From assembly GCA_041492755.1 (NCBI GenBank), contig JBGPXN010000145.1, forward strand, positions 1 through 11,868: a DNA stretch of 11,868 nucleotides, written 5' to 3'. Numbering within the stretch: the first letter of the stretch is position 1; each line of letters starts with the position of its first letter. The translations under genes and the position numbers were made by a program. The notes under the pieces were generated by a model that was not told where the DNA came from, searched no databases, and saw only the letters and a program-made list of their open reading frames with translations. Of the stretch, positions 9,864 through 11,868 are shown in pieces. The DNA is from Candidatus Methylomirabilia bacterium. Lineage in GTDB: Bacteria; Methylomirabilota; Methylomirabilia; Rokubacteriales; CSP1-6.

Positions 9864-9893
9864 ATAGTGCCGGGGCCGCGGTGACCCCGTCAA
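9864..9893 (-). promoter_or_regulatory. Putative sigma70 promoter giving a leaderless transcript for the LLM remnant and hisC
   Basis: Minus strand TTGACG (9893-9888), 18-bp spacer, CACTAT (9869-9864), then 7 nt to ATG 9856. No Shine-Dalgarno sequence. Confidence 0.5.
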
Positions 9894-9987
9894 GACATCG
9901 TGCGCGCCACCCCCGGCGAATGCTATCGTCGCGCGCAGACCCATTCGTGCGCGTGACGAAGAGCGTCAACGCCTAAAGGGGGCGTCC

Positions 9988-11034
9988 ATGCCGATCCTCC
10001 GCGTCGCCAGCGCCAACCTGGAATGGATGAACTACTGGTTCACGAACGATTCCGAGGCGGCGGCATGGAAGCCGGCGTTCAACCAGGACGGCCAGAACAA
10101 CAACACCGCGAAGACCGCCAAACGCGCGGCGGCCATGATCAAGGCGATCAACCCCGACGTCCTCGCCATCCAGGAGGGGCCCAGCCGCGAGGGCGAGCTC
10201 GCCCTGTTCATCAAGGACCACCTGGCCGACGGTCAGGGAAACCCCCTCTACAAGTTCTTCCTCTCCGACTCCGGCGGCCAGCAGCGCGTGGGGTTGCTCT
10301 ACAAGCCGGGCGTGGTCGCGGCGGCGTCGCTGGCGCCCCATCCCACCATCACGGACCTGATCGATCCCTGGGAAGCCGACGTCGATGGAGACATGGTGCT
10401 CGGGCCCGACTACCAGTTCACGCGCAATCCGCTGGTCGTCAACCTCAAGCTCGGTCCCCACGACGTGCAGATCATCGTGCTGCACACCAAGTCGAGCTTC
10501 GTGAACAACGGGGTGGACATGTGGAGCAATCCGGCCACGCGCCACGACTACGTCATCGCCGCGCTGAAGGCCCGGCGTCGAAACGGCACCGAGGGCATGC
10601 ACGTGCGCGATTACCTCGACACCAAGGTGGCCGCCGATCCCAAGGCCCGCATCATCGTGCTCGGCGACCTCAACGATGGCCCCGGCCTCGACTACTTCGA
10701 GCGCAAGTATCTTGCCCACAACGTGACCGACATCGTCCTCGGCTCCGCGTTCCAGCCCGAGTGGGTGTTCCAGCACGCGCAGCACGACGTACCCCCCAAC
10801 ACGCGCTACACCGCCGTCTTCGACGACTTCGTGGAGAACGTGAACGACAAGCACCTGCTCCTCGATCACATCCTGCTCTCGCCGGGCTTGCTCGGGAACA
10901 CCGGCCTGCGCAAGGTCGGCAACAGCGGCACGATTCATCACGCCGAGTACGGTGCGCAGGTGGTCGCGGGCGGCAAGAAGCGCGAGAACCGCCCGTCGGA
11001 TCACCGTCCGGTCTCCGTGCGCCTCCGGTACTGA
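9988..11034 (+). CDS. Endonuclease/exonuclease/phosphatase (EEP, DNase I-like fold) family protein, 348 aa
   Basis: AAGGGGG RBS. Catalytic motifs ASANL, PDVLAIQE, LHTKS, LGDLND, LDHILLS, PSDHRPV. Possible extended -10 TGCTATCGT at 9921-9929. Confidence 0.9.
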   Translation: MPILRVASANLEWMNYWFTNDSEAAAWKPAFNQDGQNNNTAKTAKRAAAMIKAINPDVLAIQEGPSREGELALFIKDHLADGQGNPLYKFFLSDSGGQQRVGLLYKPGVVAAASLAPHPTITDLIDPWEADVDGDMVLGPDYQFTRNPLVVNLKLGPHDVQIIVLHTKSSFVNNGVDMWSNPATRHDYVIAALKARRRNGTEGMHVRDYLDTKVAADPKARIIVLGDLNDGPGLDYFERKYLAHNVTDIVLGSAFQPEWVFQHAQHDVPPNTRYTAVFDDFVENVNDKHLLLDHILLSPGLLGNTGLRKVGNSGTIHHAEYGAQVVAGGKKRENRPSDHRPVSVRLRY

Positions 11035-11039
11035 ATACA

Positions 11040-11160
11040 TGGGGGGCCCCGACATGGCCCCCCAAGCCCCCCAACGCTCGTACGCGCCCCGGGAAACCCG
11101 GGGCGCGCCTCGACATCCCAGCGCTCGGAAGCACCCCGGCGAAGCCGGGGCGCTCCTCGA
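11040..11160. repeat. REP-like cluster of three GC-rich hairpins, including two tandem 39-bp units
   Basis: Hairpin TGGGGGGCC/GGCCCCCCA (11040-11064). Units 11075-11113 and 11122-11160 are 32/39 identical, each with a CCCCGG/CCGGGG stem and a 3-nt loop. Confidence 0.85.
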
Positions 11161-11204
11161 ATTCCCTCACAGGCTCTCTGAGCTCCCCGCCCGGCCGGGC
11201 TTGC

Positions 11205-11288
11205 ACCGGTCAGACGCCCGGACAGACGGTGGGCAACGGCCGGGCGACGGCCATCGTCCTGGCCCGCGAAGGCGCGCGGGTCATCGCG
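11205..11288 (+). pseudogene. N-terminal fragment of a short-chain dehydrogenase/reductase (SDR)
   Basis: TGQTPGQTVGNGRATAIVLAREGARVIA is the glycine-rich cofactor loop and following helix/strand of an SDR subfamily. It has no start of its own and no downstream domain. Confidence 0.7.
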
Positions 11289-11375
11289 CATCCGGCGCCT
11301 CGCACGATGTGGAGGATGGAGCGCCGCCGTGAAGCCGGTGTGTGGCGAATGTAAAGATTTGTTGCGGGCGGGCTG

Positions 11376-11660
11376 GTCGTGAAAGATCGTCTGCTGCGCC
11401 GTCTGCCAGCGGGTGCCGGTGGCCTGGTCCTCGCCCGTGTTCAGGCGATCGAAGCGGGGGAAGTTGCCCGACGCGATCTCGACCCGGATGCGGTGGCCGG
11501 GAAGGAAGTACTCTTCGCCGTCGGACGCGAAGCGCCCGCGCGTGTCCTGCAGCACCGGGAAACGACCGGGCGCGTCGGGCCGGTACACGTCGGCGCGCAG
11601 GGTGACGCCGTCACGCGTCGTCATGGGAACGTCTTTGTCCGTCAGCACGCGATACGACAT
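11376..11660 (-). pseudogene. CocE/NonD family hydrolase remnant: three segments fused in frame, 3' tip lost
   Basis: Segment 1 DVPMTTRDGVTLRADVYRPDAPGRFPVL; segment 2 QDTRGRFASDGE; segment 3 FLPGHRIRVEIASGNFPRFDR-LNTG...AQQTIFHD (PepX_C-type C-terminus). About 95 codons versus more than 500 aa for the family; the catalytic GxSYxG serine region is missing. Confidence 0.88.
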
Positions 11661-11682
11661 ACCGGACGTGCCTAGTCTGGAT

Positions 11683-11868
11683 TATTCGCGAACGCGCACA
11701 CCGCGATCGACCGGGGGGCACGGCCGGAGCTGGGGGGATGGGATCCGGGTGACCCATTTCCCGCCACGCGAGACGACGACATCGCCGTAGGGAATGGGAA
11801 CGGCTCGCCGGTGATCGGTACGCCGTCGGCTGTGGTCAGAGGACCCCGTCCCCCCAGCTCCGGCCGTG
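11683..11868 (-). repeat. Structured non-coding repeat, copy B; self-complementary MITE/REP-like element running off the window end
   Basis: 11683-11812 is the reverse complement of 1-130 (124/130). 11719-11746 and 11841-11868 are inverted repeats of each other (26/28), with an inner TGACC(11750-11754)/GGTCA(11834-11838) stem. Confidence 0.93.

Noticed and set aside
11040..11160. CRISPR array or intrinsic terminator
   Set aside because: Only two units separated by 8 bp, no spacer-length unique sequence, no cas genes and no poly-T tail on either strand.
11001..11660. 219-aa minus-strand ORF as a genuine novel protein
   Set aside because: Only the first 95 codons or so are CocE-derived. The rest is read-through across the SDR fragment and hairpin repeats.

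Overview
GC-rich bacterial window; gene content and repeat style suggest a Rokubacteria/Methylomirabilota-like soil organism (inference only). It holds eight apparently intact genes: two luciferase-like (LLM) oxidoreductases, a thiamine-diphosphate enzyme, a LivG/LivF ABC ATPase pair, a 3-hydroxyisobutyrate-dehydrogenase-family enzyme, a HisC-like aminotransferase and an EEP nuclease/phosphatase. A ninth gene, an AAA+/DUF4143 ATPase-nuclease, is frameshifted near its start and preceded by a perfect 12-bp palindrome. Two things stand out. (1) The intergenic spaces hold gene relics, three of them 'telescoped': ligJ, a third LLM gene and a CocE/NonD hydrolase keep their N-terminal and C-terminal coding parts fused in frame with the middle gone. 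3' livM and 5' SDR scraps are also present. (2) Both window ends carry the same 130-bp structured non-coding element in inverted orientation (124/130 identical). The right copy shows it is part of a larger self-complementary MITE/REP-like element. A second, unrelated hairpin cluster with compensatory base changes follows the EEP gene. No transposase, integrase, CRISPR array, rRNA or tRNA was recognised. Family assignments come from motif recognition, not database searches.
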